Part shown: one piece after another, positions 19,649-27,439 of the stretch
Numbering within the stretch: the stretch's first letter is position 1
Layout of the letters: each line of letters opens with the position of its first letter
DNA from: Myxococcota bacterium
GTDB lineage: Bacteria; Myxococcota; UBA4151
DNA length: 42,925 nucleotides
Assembly (NCBI GenBank): GCA_040260805.1
Contig: JBDQPD010000018.1
Location: 1-42,925 of the forward strand
Direction: 5' to 3'
Program-made: the position numbers and the translations under genes
The notes under the pieces: model-generated
Told to the model about the DNA's origin: nothing
Database searches by the model: none
What the model saw: the letters and a program-made list of their open reading frames with translations, nothing else

Positions 19649-22161
19649 TCCGCCTGGGCTCCTTGATGGTGGCGCTCGCATGCGCGGGGTGTTTGCAGGC
19701 TTTCGAGCCACGCAATCCGCCTTGTTTCGAGAAACAAGACTGCCAAGCCATCGCTCCAGACTTTAACAAGACGTACAACTGCGAGGCGCGAGCGGGCGGC
19801 ACGCCGCGCTGCTACGAGAGCAGCTGCGGAAACGGAACCGTCGAGGGCGAAGAGTCTTGTGACGATGGCAACCTCAACACCAACGACGGCTGCGACAACA
19901 ACTGCCAGGTCACAAGCTGCGGCGACGGCATTCATCGAACCGACCTCAACGAGGGCGAAGAAGGGTTTGAAGCCTGCGATGATGGGAACGATGTAGACGA
20001 TGATGAATGCCGAAACAGCTGTGTTTTGGCAGCTTGCGGCGATGGGATCGTCCGCACGGACTTAGTCGAAGGGCAGGAGGGTTACGAAAGCTGCGACGAC
20101 GGCAACATCGCCGATGGCGACGAATGCAACAGCCGCTGCACTGAGTCGGTCTGCGGCGATGGCCTGCCAGGGCTTGGAGAGGGCTGCGATGACGGAAACG
20201 ACAACGAAGAAGATGATTGCCTGAGCACGTGTCGCCGCCCGGGTTGTGGCAACGGCGTGCGCGACAACGCCGAACAGTGCGATGACGGCAACCAGTCAAA
20301 CCGTGACGACTGCCTCACGACCTGTGTGAGCGCTCGCTGCGGTGACGGACACCGGCACGAAGTGCTTGAAGGCTGCGACGATGGGAACCAGATCGACGAC
20401 GATAACTGCAGAAATGACTGCATTCTGACCAGCTGCGGCAACGGTGAGGTGGATCCAGGCGAAACCTGTGATGATGGAAACAACGTCGACACCGACGGCT
20501 GTAGAAACCACTGCGCGCCCGCTCGCTGTGGCGATCTGATCGTTCGAACCGACCTCGATGAAGACGAGAACGGCTACGAGGGTTGTGACGATGCGAACCC
20601 TTCCAACACCGACGACTGTCTGAACAACTGTCAAAGGGCTCGATGCGGCGATGGCTTTGTCCGAACCGACCTAGGCGAAGAGGATGTCGGCTACGAAGTC
20701 TGTGACGATGGGAACCAGATCGAAGAGGATGGCTGTCGCAGCACCTGCGTCCCCGCCCGATGTGGCGACGGCGTTTTACGCCAAGACTCGGACCATGAGG
20801 GGAACCCCTTTGAGCGTTGCGACGATGGGAACCAAGCCAACTCGGACGGCTGCAAGAACGACTGCACTGAGGCGGTCTGCGGCGATGGAATTACTCGACT
20901 TGATCTGGACCCAACAGATCCGGGCTACGAAGCCTGTGATGACGCCAACGAAGACAACGAAGATGGTTGCACGGCAGCGTGCTCCCTGCCGGGCTGCGGT
21001 GACGGCATCGTTCAAACGGGTGTGGAAGAATGCGACGATGGAAACGGCAACGATCAAGATGACTGCTCCAATAACTGCGTGATTAATGGCTTAGGAGTTC
21101 CGCGCCTGGCGCTCGGCGCCAACCACAGCTGCGCGGTACGATTGCGTGACCGGGTCCTGCGGTGCTGGGGAGACAACCGTGAGGGGCAGCTCGGGATCGG
21201 TCGAGACGTCAACAATCGCCCCGCTCCGACGACCATCGAAGAGCTGAGCAATGTGCTCACGGTCGCTGCGGGGGGGAACAACACCTGCGCAGTTCAAGAT
21301 GATGGCGTGCTCTATTGCTGGGGTGATAACGAAGAAGGTCAAATCGGCGATGGTGGCGGCAACGATCGACTGAGCCCGACGCAGGTGCTCCGCGTCGGCG
21401 CGGTGCGACGAGTCGCCGTCGGCGCTTTGCACATCTGTGCGATCAGTCGAGGCGGTAACATGTACTGCTGGGGAGACAACCGCAGCGGACAGCTCGGTAA
21501 TGGTAGCCTCCAGAGCTCGTCGGTTCCGCTCCAGGTGAGCTTATCCAACGCCAATGATATCGCCTTAGGCACCACGCACACCTGCGCAATCAAGCGTGGT
21601 CAGGTCTACTGCTGGGGTCGAAACGACCCGTACCAGCATCTCGGCTGGCAGGGGGCCGGGCGTCAGCGCACGCCTCGCCTAAACGCGATCAACGGGGTGT
21701 TTAGCCTCTCAGCGAGCGCCCAGTTCACGTGCGGATCGTCAACTCAAATCAACAACCTAGGCGGCTTGGACGGTGTGGTTTGCTGGGGCAGAAATGACAC
21801 CAATAACTTAGGCACGGGCTCGCCATCCGAGGCCGGCTCAGCCGTGCGAGTGGGTTCACTCCAAAACGCTCGGCGGATCGCGGTGGGTGATGGTCATGGC
21901 TGCGCCGTGCGTCGCTCAGGGACGGTTCATTGCTGGGGAGACAACACCCAAGGGCAGCTCGGCGCGGGCAACGACAATGACACCAATGACCTCATGCAGG
22001 CAGGGCAGCTGACCGATGTCATCGAGATCAGCGCCGGTCGTGATCATACCTGCGCACGAGACACCGACGGATCGATCTATTGCTGGGGTGATAATGAGCA
22101 CGGCACCCTAGGCTTAGGCGGCAACGACCGCCCCTCACCGACTCGAATCCAAACCTTCTAG
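19645..22161 (+). CDS. Cys-rich repeat (DUF4215-type) lipoprotein with C-terminal RCC1/BLIP-II-like seven-bladed beta-propeller
   Basis: LACAG-C lipobox; 12 CDD repeats; seven CWG.N..GQLG / G..H.CA repeats. Confidence 0.92.
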   Translation: MIRLGSLMVALACAGCLQAFEPRNPPCFEKQDCQAIAPDFNKTYNCEARAGGTPRCYESSCGNGTVEGEESCDDGNLNTNDGCDNNCQVTSCGDGIHRTDLNEGEEGFEACDDGNDVDDDECRNSCVLAACGDGIVRTDLVEGQEGYESCDDGNIADGDECNSRCTESVCGDGLPGLGEGCDDGNDNEEDDCLSTCRRPGCGNGVRDNAEQCDDGNQSNRDDCLTTCVSARCGDGHRHEVLEGCDDGNQIDDDNCRNDCILTSCGNGEVDPGETCDDGNNVDTDGCRNHCAPARCGDLIVRTDLDEDENGYEGCDDANPSNTDDCLNNCQRARCGDGFVRTDLGEEDVGYEVCDDGNQIEEDGCRSTCVPARCGDGVLRQDSDHEGNPFERCDDGNQANSDGCKNDCTEAVCGDGITRLDLDPTDPGYEACDDANEDNEDGCTAACSLPGCGDGIVQTGVEECDDGNGNDQDDCSNNCVINGLGVPRLALGANHSCAVRLRDRVLRCWGDNREGQLGIGRDVNNRPAPTTIEELSNVLTVAAGGNNTCAVQDDGVLYCWGDNEEGQIGDGGGNDRLSPTQVLRVGAVRRVAVGALHICAISRGGNMYCWGDNRSGQLGNGSLQSSSVPLQVSLSNANDIALGTTHTCAIKRGQVYCWGRNDPYQHLGWQGAGRQRTPRLNAINGVFSLSASAQFTCGSSTQINNLGGLDGVVCWGRNDTNNLGTGSPSEAGSAVRVGSLQNARRIAVGDGHGCAVRRSGTVHCWGDNTQGQLGAGNDNDTNDLMQAGQLTDVIEISAGRDHTCARDTDGSIYCWGDNEHGTLGLGGNDRPSPTRIQTF

Positions 22162-23127
22162 ATGCTTCAGTTTGGCGATCTGCCGATCCCGTCGCCCGCT
22201 TTGCTGGCGCCGATGTCAGGGATTACTGACCGTCCTTTTCGCCGGCTGATACGACGCTGCAACCCCGGCGCTGTCGGGCTGTTCACCACCGAGTTTATCT
22301 CGATCGAAGCCCTCTGGAATAAGAGCGAGCGCTCTTTGCTGATGATGCGGTCGGATGACGACGAGTTCCCTTTTGCCGTTCAACTCTTCGGCCGCGACAT
22401 CGAGCGCATGGTGCATGCGGGTAAAATCGCGGTCGAGCGCGGCGCCCAGCTGGTCGATATTAATTGCGGCTGTCCAGCGCCCAAGGTCGTCAAACGTGGC
22501 GGCGGCGCTGCGCTGATGAAGGAACCCGAGCATCTCCAGGCGTTGGTTCAAGCGATGGTCGATGCGCTGCCGGTTCCGGTGACCGTCAAAACTCGGAGCG
22601 GTTGGGACGAGGAGTCTCAAAATGTGGTCGAGGTTGCGCTGAGAGCTCAAGACGCTGGCGCCAGCGCCGTCGCAGTGCACCCTCGGTCGCGCAAGAAGCT
22701 CTACTCAGGCAACGCCGACTGGGGTCTGGTTGAGCAAGTGGCGAGCGCCCTGACGATCCCGGTTATCGGATCCGGAGATATCCGGACACCAGACGAAGAG
22801 CGTGAGCGTTTTACGAACAGTGGCTGCGCAGCGTTCATGGTGGGGCGAGGAGCGCTTCACAACCCCTTCGTCTTTCGTGAGCTTGAGGCGGCGCGAACCG
22901 GCCACCCGGTTTTAGAGGCGAGCAAAGAGGAACGGATTACGCTGCTGGCTGACTATGCTCAGTTGTTGGCTGAAGACATGCCCGAGAGGGCTCACCTTGG
23001 TCGACTCAAGAACCTAGCCAATCGCATGACGCAACCCTGGCAAGCGCCGGAACTTCGATCTCGGCTGTTGCGCAGCACCTCGTCTTTAGAGTTACTAGAC
23101 CATGTCGCTGCTGCGGCTGAGCTCTAG
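22162..23127 (+). CDS. dusB: tRNA-dihydrouridine synthase (DusB-like)
   Basis: LAPMSGITD.PFR, VQLFG, DINCGCPAPKV..GGGAALM, PVTVKTR.GWD, VIGSGDI, MVGRGA..NP. Confidence 0.9.
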   Translation: MLQFGDLPIPSPALLAPMSGITDRPFRRLIRRCNPGAVGLFTTEFISIEALWNKSERSLLMMRSDDDEFPFAVQLFGRDIERMVHAGKIAVERGAQLVDINCGCPAPKVVKRGGGAALMKEPEHLQALVQAMVDALPVPVTVKTRSGWDEESQNVVEVALRAQDAGASAVAVHPRSRKKLYSGNADWGLVEQVASALTIPVIGSGDIRTPDEERERFTNSGCAAFMVGRGALHNPFVFRELEAARTGHPVLEASKEERITLLADYAQLLAEDMPERAHLGRLKNLANRMTQPWQAPELRSRLLRSTSSLELLDHVAAAAEL

Positions 23128-23160
23128 ACCCAACCCCCTTTTCTTACGGGCGCTGCTAAC

Positions 23161-23961
23161 ATGACACTAACCAGTGAATCACCGGATTGGGCGCGCATCG
23201 CAGAAGCCGAATCAACATGGGCTGCGCCGGTGATGGTCACCGTGGTTAACACGAGCGGCTCAACGCCTCGCAAGGTCGGTGCGCGGATGCTCGTCGATGC
23301 GCAAGGAGACTGCCCCGAAGAGGACGCCGACCTACCGCACCCTGAAGGTACCGTCGGCGGAGGCGCCGTCGAAGCTCAAGCCATTCGCTTAGCTTTTGAG
23401 GCCTGGCGAGCTGGTGGCAGTTTGGTGCGGCGGACGGTACTTGGCGCCGAGATGGGTATGTGCTGTGGGGGCACGATGACGCTGATGGCTCAACCCTTAA
23501 TTGAGCGCCCCACCCTGATCGTCTTTGGACTCGGACATGTCGGCGCTGCGGTCGCTCGACTCAGCACCGAATGCGGCTTTCGAGTGGTCGGCGTCGATGG
23601 ACGTGACGAGTTGACCGAGCAAGCTAGCCCCTGGCTTGACGCGATACACCAAGACTTTGATCCCGAAACGCTGGCAGCGCTTCCCGATGGAGATCACGTG
23701 CACGCGCTGATCGTGACGCATGATCATGGGCTCGACCAAGAGCTCGTCGAGGCGCTGATCAATCGCCCCTTCGCCTCACTGCAGATGCTCGGCTCTCAAC
23801 GTAAAGCCCTTCGCTGCAGAACGCGCCTCGAGGCTCAAGGCTTGACTCCTGAACGCATCGAGTCGCTGCATTCACCCGCGGGCTACGATATCGACGCAGA
23901 GACCCCTGCAGAGATCGCCGTCGCCTTGGTCGCCTATTTGGTGAAGCAACGCCGTGGCTAA
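23161..23961 (+). CDS. xdhC: XdhC/CoxI family molybdoenzyme maturation factor
   Basis: GSTPRKVGARMLV, GTVGGGAVE, GMCCGG, VFGLGHVG, VTHDHGLD, GSQRK, AETPAEIAVA. Confidence 0.92.
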   Translation: MTLTSESPDWARIAEAESTWAAPVMVTVVNTSGSTPRKVGARMLVDAQGDCPEEDADLPHPEGTVGGGAVEAQAIRLAFEAWRAGGSLVRRTVLGAEMGMCCGGTMTLMAQPLIERPTLIVFGLGHVGAAVARLSTECGFRVVGVDGRDELTEQASPWLDAIHQDFDPETLAALPDGDHVHALIVTHDHGLDQELVEALINRPFASLQMLGSQRKALRCRTRLEAQGLTPERIESLHSPAGYDIDAETPAEIAVALVAYLVKQRRG

Positions 23962-24520
23962 GCCGCTCTGTGCAGGCTTGATTCCAGCCGCTGGCTTGGG
24001 TCGTCGCGCAGGCAAACCGAAGGCAGAGCTCATCCTAGCAGATGATCCAAGCCCCTTATTGCTGCGCTGCGCTGCCGGACTCAGAGCGGCGGGCGCTGAT
24101 CAGGTTTTTGTGGTCATCCGGGAGGCACATCGAGCGCTCGCCGAGGAAGCGGGTGTCTTTGCTGTAGTCCCCAACCCGGCGCCGGAAACCATGATCGAAT
24201 CGGTGCTCGCAGGCCTGAACCAGATCGAGCAAATCATGCCTCAAGCGGACGGTTTGTTGTTGTGCCCGGTGGATGCTGCTCGTGCGGCAGAGGCGGCTGC
24301 CGAGTGGCTCTCGCTAGCCTGGCAAGCTGATCCGGGTTCGGCGCTCATACCAGGTTATCGGTCCCAAACAGGACATCCCGCCTGGTTACCTAGAAATTTG
24401 TGGGACCAGCTGCGGTCACCAGGGTGCCTTGAGCTCGGCGCCCAGAGCGCCTTTGCTCAGGCGCGGGTGTGGGAGTGCAGTGATGAGGCGGTGCTCGATA
24501 ATGTTAACGAGCTGTTTTAG
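23954..24520 (+). CDS. MocA/MobA-like nucleotidyltransferase (divergent molybdenum cofactor cytidylyltransferase)
   Basis: IPAAGLGRRAGKPKA, M..SV.AGL, LCPVD, GHP, VLDNVN; overlaps xdhC. Confidence 0.75.
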   Translation: MAKPLCAGLIPAAGLGRRAGKPKAELILADDPSPLLLRCAAGLRAAGADQVFVVIREAHRALAEEAGVFAVVPNPAPETMIESVLAGLNQIEQIMPQADGLLLCPVDAARAAEAAAEWLSLAWQADPGSALIPGYRSQTGHPAWLPRNLWDQLRSPGCLELGAQSAFAQARVWECSDEAVLDNVNELF

Positions 24521-25457
24521 CGCTCCCGCGCAGCGACGGCAGAACCTTGGCTCCGATCGCTTTGGAGTCGGGTAAGCCCTGAGTTCCGTCGTAGCGCTTG
24601 AGAAAGGTGATCACCTCTCGCGTCACCGCCGTTGGGGTGCTGGCTCCCGAAGTGACCACCACCGTACCATCAAGCGGTAAGCGCTCGATAGGCAGCTCGG
24701 CGACGCAGCTGACCTGAACCACAGGGACTCCAGCCACGTCATGACCCACCTCGGCTAAGCGGCGGCTATTGTTCGAGCGAGGGTCGCCCACGACCACGAG
24801 CAAATCAGCCCCAATCGCCTGCTCAGCGACCGCCTCTTGGCGAACTTGAGTGGCGAGACAGATCTCAGTGTGAACCATCGCCTCGGGGTAGCGAGCTTTG
24901 ATCGTATCGATCACTGGCTTGATGTCCCATTGGCTCATGGTCGTTTGGTTGGTGATCAGTAAGCCACCAGCAGGCTCAGGTAAGTCAGCAACTTCAGCGA
25001 TGGTGCTCACGAGATGCACTCGACCGGGGGCGACGCCACAAGCGCCTTCGGGCTCGGGATGACCAGGAACGCCCACGTAGTAGACCGTCCCTCCTTCGGC
25101 AACATGAGCTCGGATAAGATCATGAGTACGAGTGACGTCGGGACAGGTTGCGTCCTCGACGTGCAACCCTTTGGCCATGGCCTCAAGTCGGACCTGAGGC
25201 GAGACGCCGTGAGCGGTGAAGACCACCGTCCCCGACTCGACCTTATCGAGCAACGAAAGTCGGCTCTCGTCATCGCCATCGATACAGACAACGCCTATTT
25301 CTTCGAAGGCCTCGGTGACCTGCCGATTGTGCACCAGCATGCCCAGAACATGGATTGGACGCGGTAAATCAGGGTTGGCCGCGATGCGACGAACGAGTAC
25401 CATAGCGTCGACGACGCCATAGCAATAACCACGTGGAGAGATCGCCCTTACTTGCAT
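24504..25457 (-). CDS. ispH: 4-hydroxy-3-methylbut-2-enyl diphosphate reductase
   Basis: PRGYCYGV, VHN, FTAHGVS, DATCPDV, GHPEPEG, NQTT, ICLATQVRQ, SNNS, TSGASTP; all three Fe-S Cys are present. Confidence 0.96.
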   Translation of the reverse strand: MQVRAISPRGYCYGVVDAMVLVRRIAANPDLPRPIHVLGMLVHNRQVTEAFEEIGVVCIDGDDESRLSLLDKVESGTVVFTAHGVSPQVRLEAMAKGLHVEDATCPDVTRTHDLIRAHVAEGGTVYYVGVPGHPEPEGACGVAPGRVHLVSTIAEVADLPEPAGGLLITNQTTMSQWDIKPVIDTIKARYPEAMVHTEICLATQVRQEAVAEQAIGADLLVVVGDPRSNNSRRLAEVGHDVAGVPVVQVSCVAELPIERLPLDGTVVVTSGASTPTAVTREVITFLKRYDGTQGLPDSKAIGAKVLPSLRGSAKTAR

Positions 25458-25553
25458 ACTCTAAACCCCAAGCCCCGCTGAGTCGATCTTGAGAACAAGG
25501 CCAGTGCCGACTACCCTGTTCGGGCGGCATGTGCAGCAGGAAAGCGAAATTCT

Positions 25554-26099
25554 ATGCGTGAACTGATCATGACCCTACCCCTTCTTGCGCTCGCTAGCTG
25601 TGCTCAGACCACACAATGTCGGGCTGACACAGACTGTGGCGATTTGGAATATTGCTACAAACTCCAACTCGATCCCGAGAACGCAGAGGGTACTGAACCC
25701 GGCTTCCCCTACGAAGAGTTCGGCACCTGCGCGTCCGACTGCACCACCGATGACGACTGCTACGGCAGCGCCCGCTGCACGCCCAAAGGCATCTGTAAGG
25801 ACCTGAGCCTCAACTCCGACCGCCAATGGGGTGGCTATGAGCCCGGACTCTCCCAGCTCCTTGCAGGCGGTCGCTACGCCCCCATGCTCACCTGCTCAGG
25901 CTTTATGGAGTGTATGCTGAACTGCGAGAGCGACCCAGCGACCTGCAACGACTGCTTGCTGCAAGTCGATACGCCCTCGCTGTCGACTGCGCGCCCGCTC
26001 TGGGATTGCCTACTCAACGACTGCGGCAACACGAGCTTCTCGGTGTGCATGAACCAAGCCTGCGAAAACCAAAAGGTGATGTGCGTCGAGGACAACTAA
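25554..26099 (+). CDS. Small Cys-rich lipoprotein
   Basis: LALAS-C lipobox plus 18 further Cys in two modules (8 and 10). Confidence 0.8.
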   Translation: MRELIMTLPLLALASCAQTTQCRADTDCGDLEYCYKLQLDPENAEGTEPGFPYEEFGTCASDCTTDDDCYGSARCTPKGICKDLSLNSDRQWGGYEPGLSQLLAGGRYAPMLTCSGFMECMLNCESDPATCNDCLLQVDTPSLSTARPLWDCLLNDCGNTSFSVCMNQACENQKVMCVEDN

Positions 26100-26100
26100 C

Positions 26101-26550
26101 CTAACCGTTGTTGGGTCCTGGCGTTCCACAGGTTTGTACGTAGCCGCCCTCTGCAAGGCCGAGTTGACTGGCCTCACCAGCATTGACCTCAAGAACGTAG
26201 CGCGCGGGAGCACCGCTCGGAAGCCCGCGCTCTGAGTACGGTCTCGTGTTCTTGAAAATCCGGACGATCTTCCCCTTGTGGTCGACGTAGACGATGTCGA
26301 GTGGAATACGGGTATTGCGCATCCAGAAGCTACGCTTCGCATCGTCTTCAAAGACGAACCACATGCCGGTCCGAGCTTTCAACTGATCCCTATTCATCAA
26401 GCCCTGGATGCGCTGCTTACGAGTCAGCGCCTCTTCGACCGGTATCGCGGTACCGGTTGCCTTAACAAGGACAGTTGGCAGGCAAGGCTGCGCTTGAGCG
26501 GATGGAGTCAGCAGCCAACCGCACAAGAAGAAGCCGATCAGCCGGATCAT
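26101..26550 (-). CDS. DUF192 family exported protein
   Basis: VEEA......GLM.R..L....GMWFVF......FWMRNTRIPLDIVY..YVLEVNAG. Confidence 0.92.
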   Translation of the reverse strand: MIRLIGFFLCGWLLTPSAQAQPCLPTVLVKATGTAIPVEEALTRKQRIQGLMNRDQLKARTGMWFVFEDDAKRSFWMRNTRIPLDIVYVDHKGKIVRIFKNTRPYSERGLPSGAPARYVLEVNAGEASQLGLAEGGYVQTCGTPGPNNG

Positions 26551-26945
26551 GGCCCAGCGTCAGCTGACGCTTGCTGTCCTAATGTGGACCACTCATCCGC
26601 ACGAACGCAGTACGACGCGGGGGTGCAGTTCGTTTGCGCATCCCCTTCGCACTCACGACTCAGCGGTCCAAACTCAATCGGTTGTTCGCAGGTAAAACCT
26701 GCAGGACAATCGGCAGCTCGACTGCAGCGCTGAGTACAGTACGGATCGTTTCCGTTGACCGAGACGCAGAGGAACTGGAAGCAGCGCTCAAACGAAACAT
26801 CAAGCGCAATACGGTTCTCACCGATACGCGGCTGAAGCACATCCAAAACAATCGCTTCATCCTGCGAGCATCGCTCACCGATATCGGTAGGTTCTGCGCA
26901 AGCGGCGAACAATAAGAAGGGTAGCAAACGGCTCATGCTAGCCAT
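26547..26945 (-). CDS. CglC/GltK-like Cys-rich gliding lipoprotein
   Basis: LFAA-C lipobox. TDIGERC..I..D.SF..C.QFLCV..YCTQRC resembles my recollection of CglC (SDLG.PC..ISF...CEDLICV..GYCSKPC). The start may be the second Met. Confidence 0.6.
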   Translation of the reverse strand: MASMSRLLPFLLFAACAEPTDIGERCSQDEAIVLDVLQPRIGENRIALDVSFERCFQFLCVSVNGNDPYCTQRCSRAADCPAGFTCEQPIEFGPLSRECEGDAQTNCTPASYCVRADEWSTLGQQASADAGP

Positions 26946-27006
26946 TTAGCGCTAAACGCGTCGGTTGACCATGACATCAGCGGCAAGTCCGAGGTATAGA
27001 CTTGCT

Positions 27007-27429
27007 ATGATAGCCTTCTTTGTTCTGATCGCCTCGACCCAAACGGTTGACCTCGGCCCCTCGTCGACGGTCCATGATGCCGTCACCATGCGTGCTGCGC
27101 CTGGGGTCAAAGTTCCATCCAAGCCCAAGCCGACGCTGACGTATTGCGCTCAAATTACAGGCGTGACTGCACCTTGGAAATCACCGCTCGAGATCCGAGT
27201 GGTCAGCGCGGCTTGGCTCAATAAGAACTTTAAGACCCCGGCGGGCAAGCGCAGGACGGGTCGCTACTACCCGAGCAAGAAGGGCCACCCTGCGCTCATC
27301 TATCTGGCATCGGGCCGTGATCTCAAAGTGAGCCTCGCGCATGAGTGGCTTCACCACCTGGCCTCGGTCCATGGCAAAGGCTGGTCCGAGTCTTGGATTG
27401 AATCGACAGCGAAGCACTGCGCACAATAA
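27007..27429 (+). CDS. Small exported HEXXH metallopeptidase-like protein
   Basis: GAGGT SD before ATG 27007; hydrophobic N-terminus; G.YY....IYL......LAHEWLHH...E. Confidence 0.6.
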   Translation: MIAFFVLIASTQTVDLGPSSTVHDAVTMRAAPGVKVPSKPKPTLTYCAQITGVTAPWKSPLEIRVVSAAWLNKNFKTPAGKRRTGRYYPSKKGHPALIYLASGRDLKVSLAHEWLHHLASVHGKGWSESWIESTAKHCAQ

Positions 27430-27439
27430 GCTGTATAGG

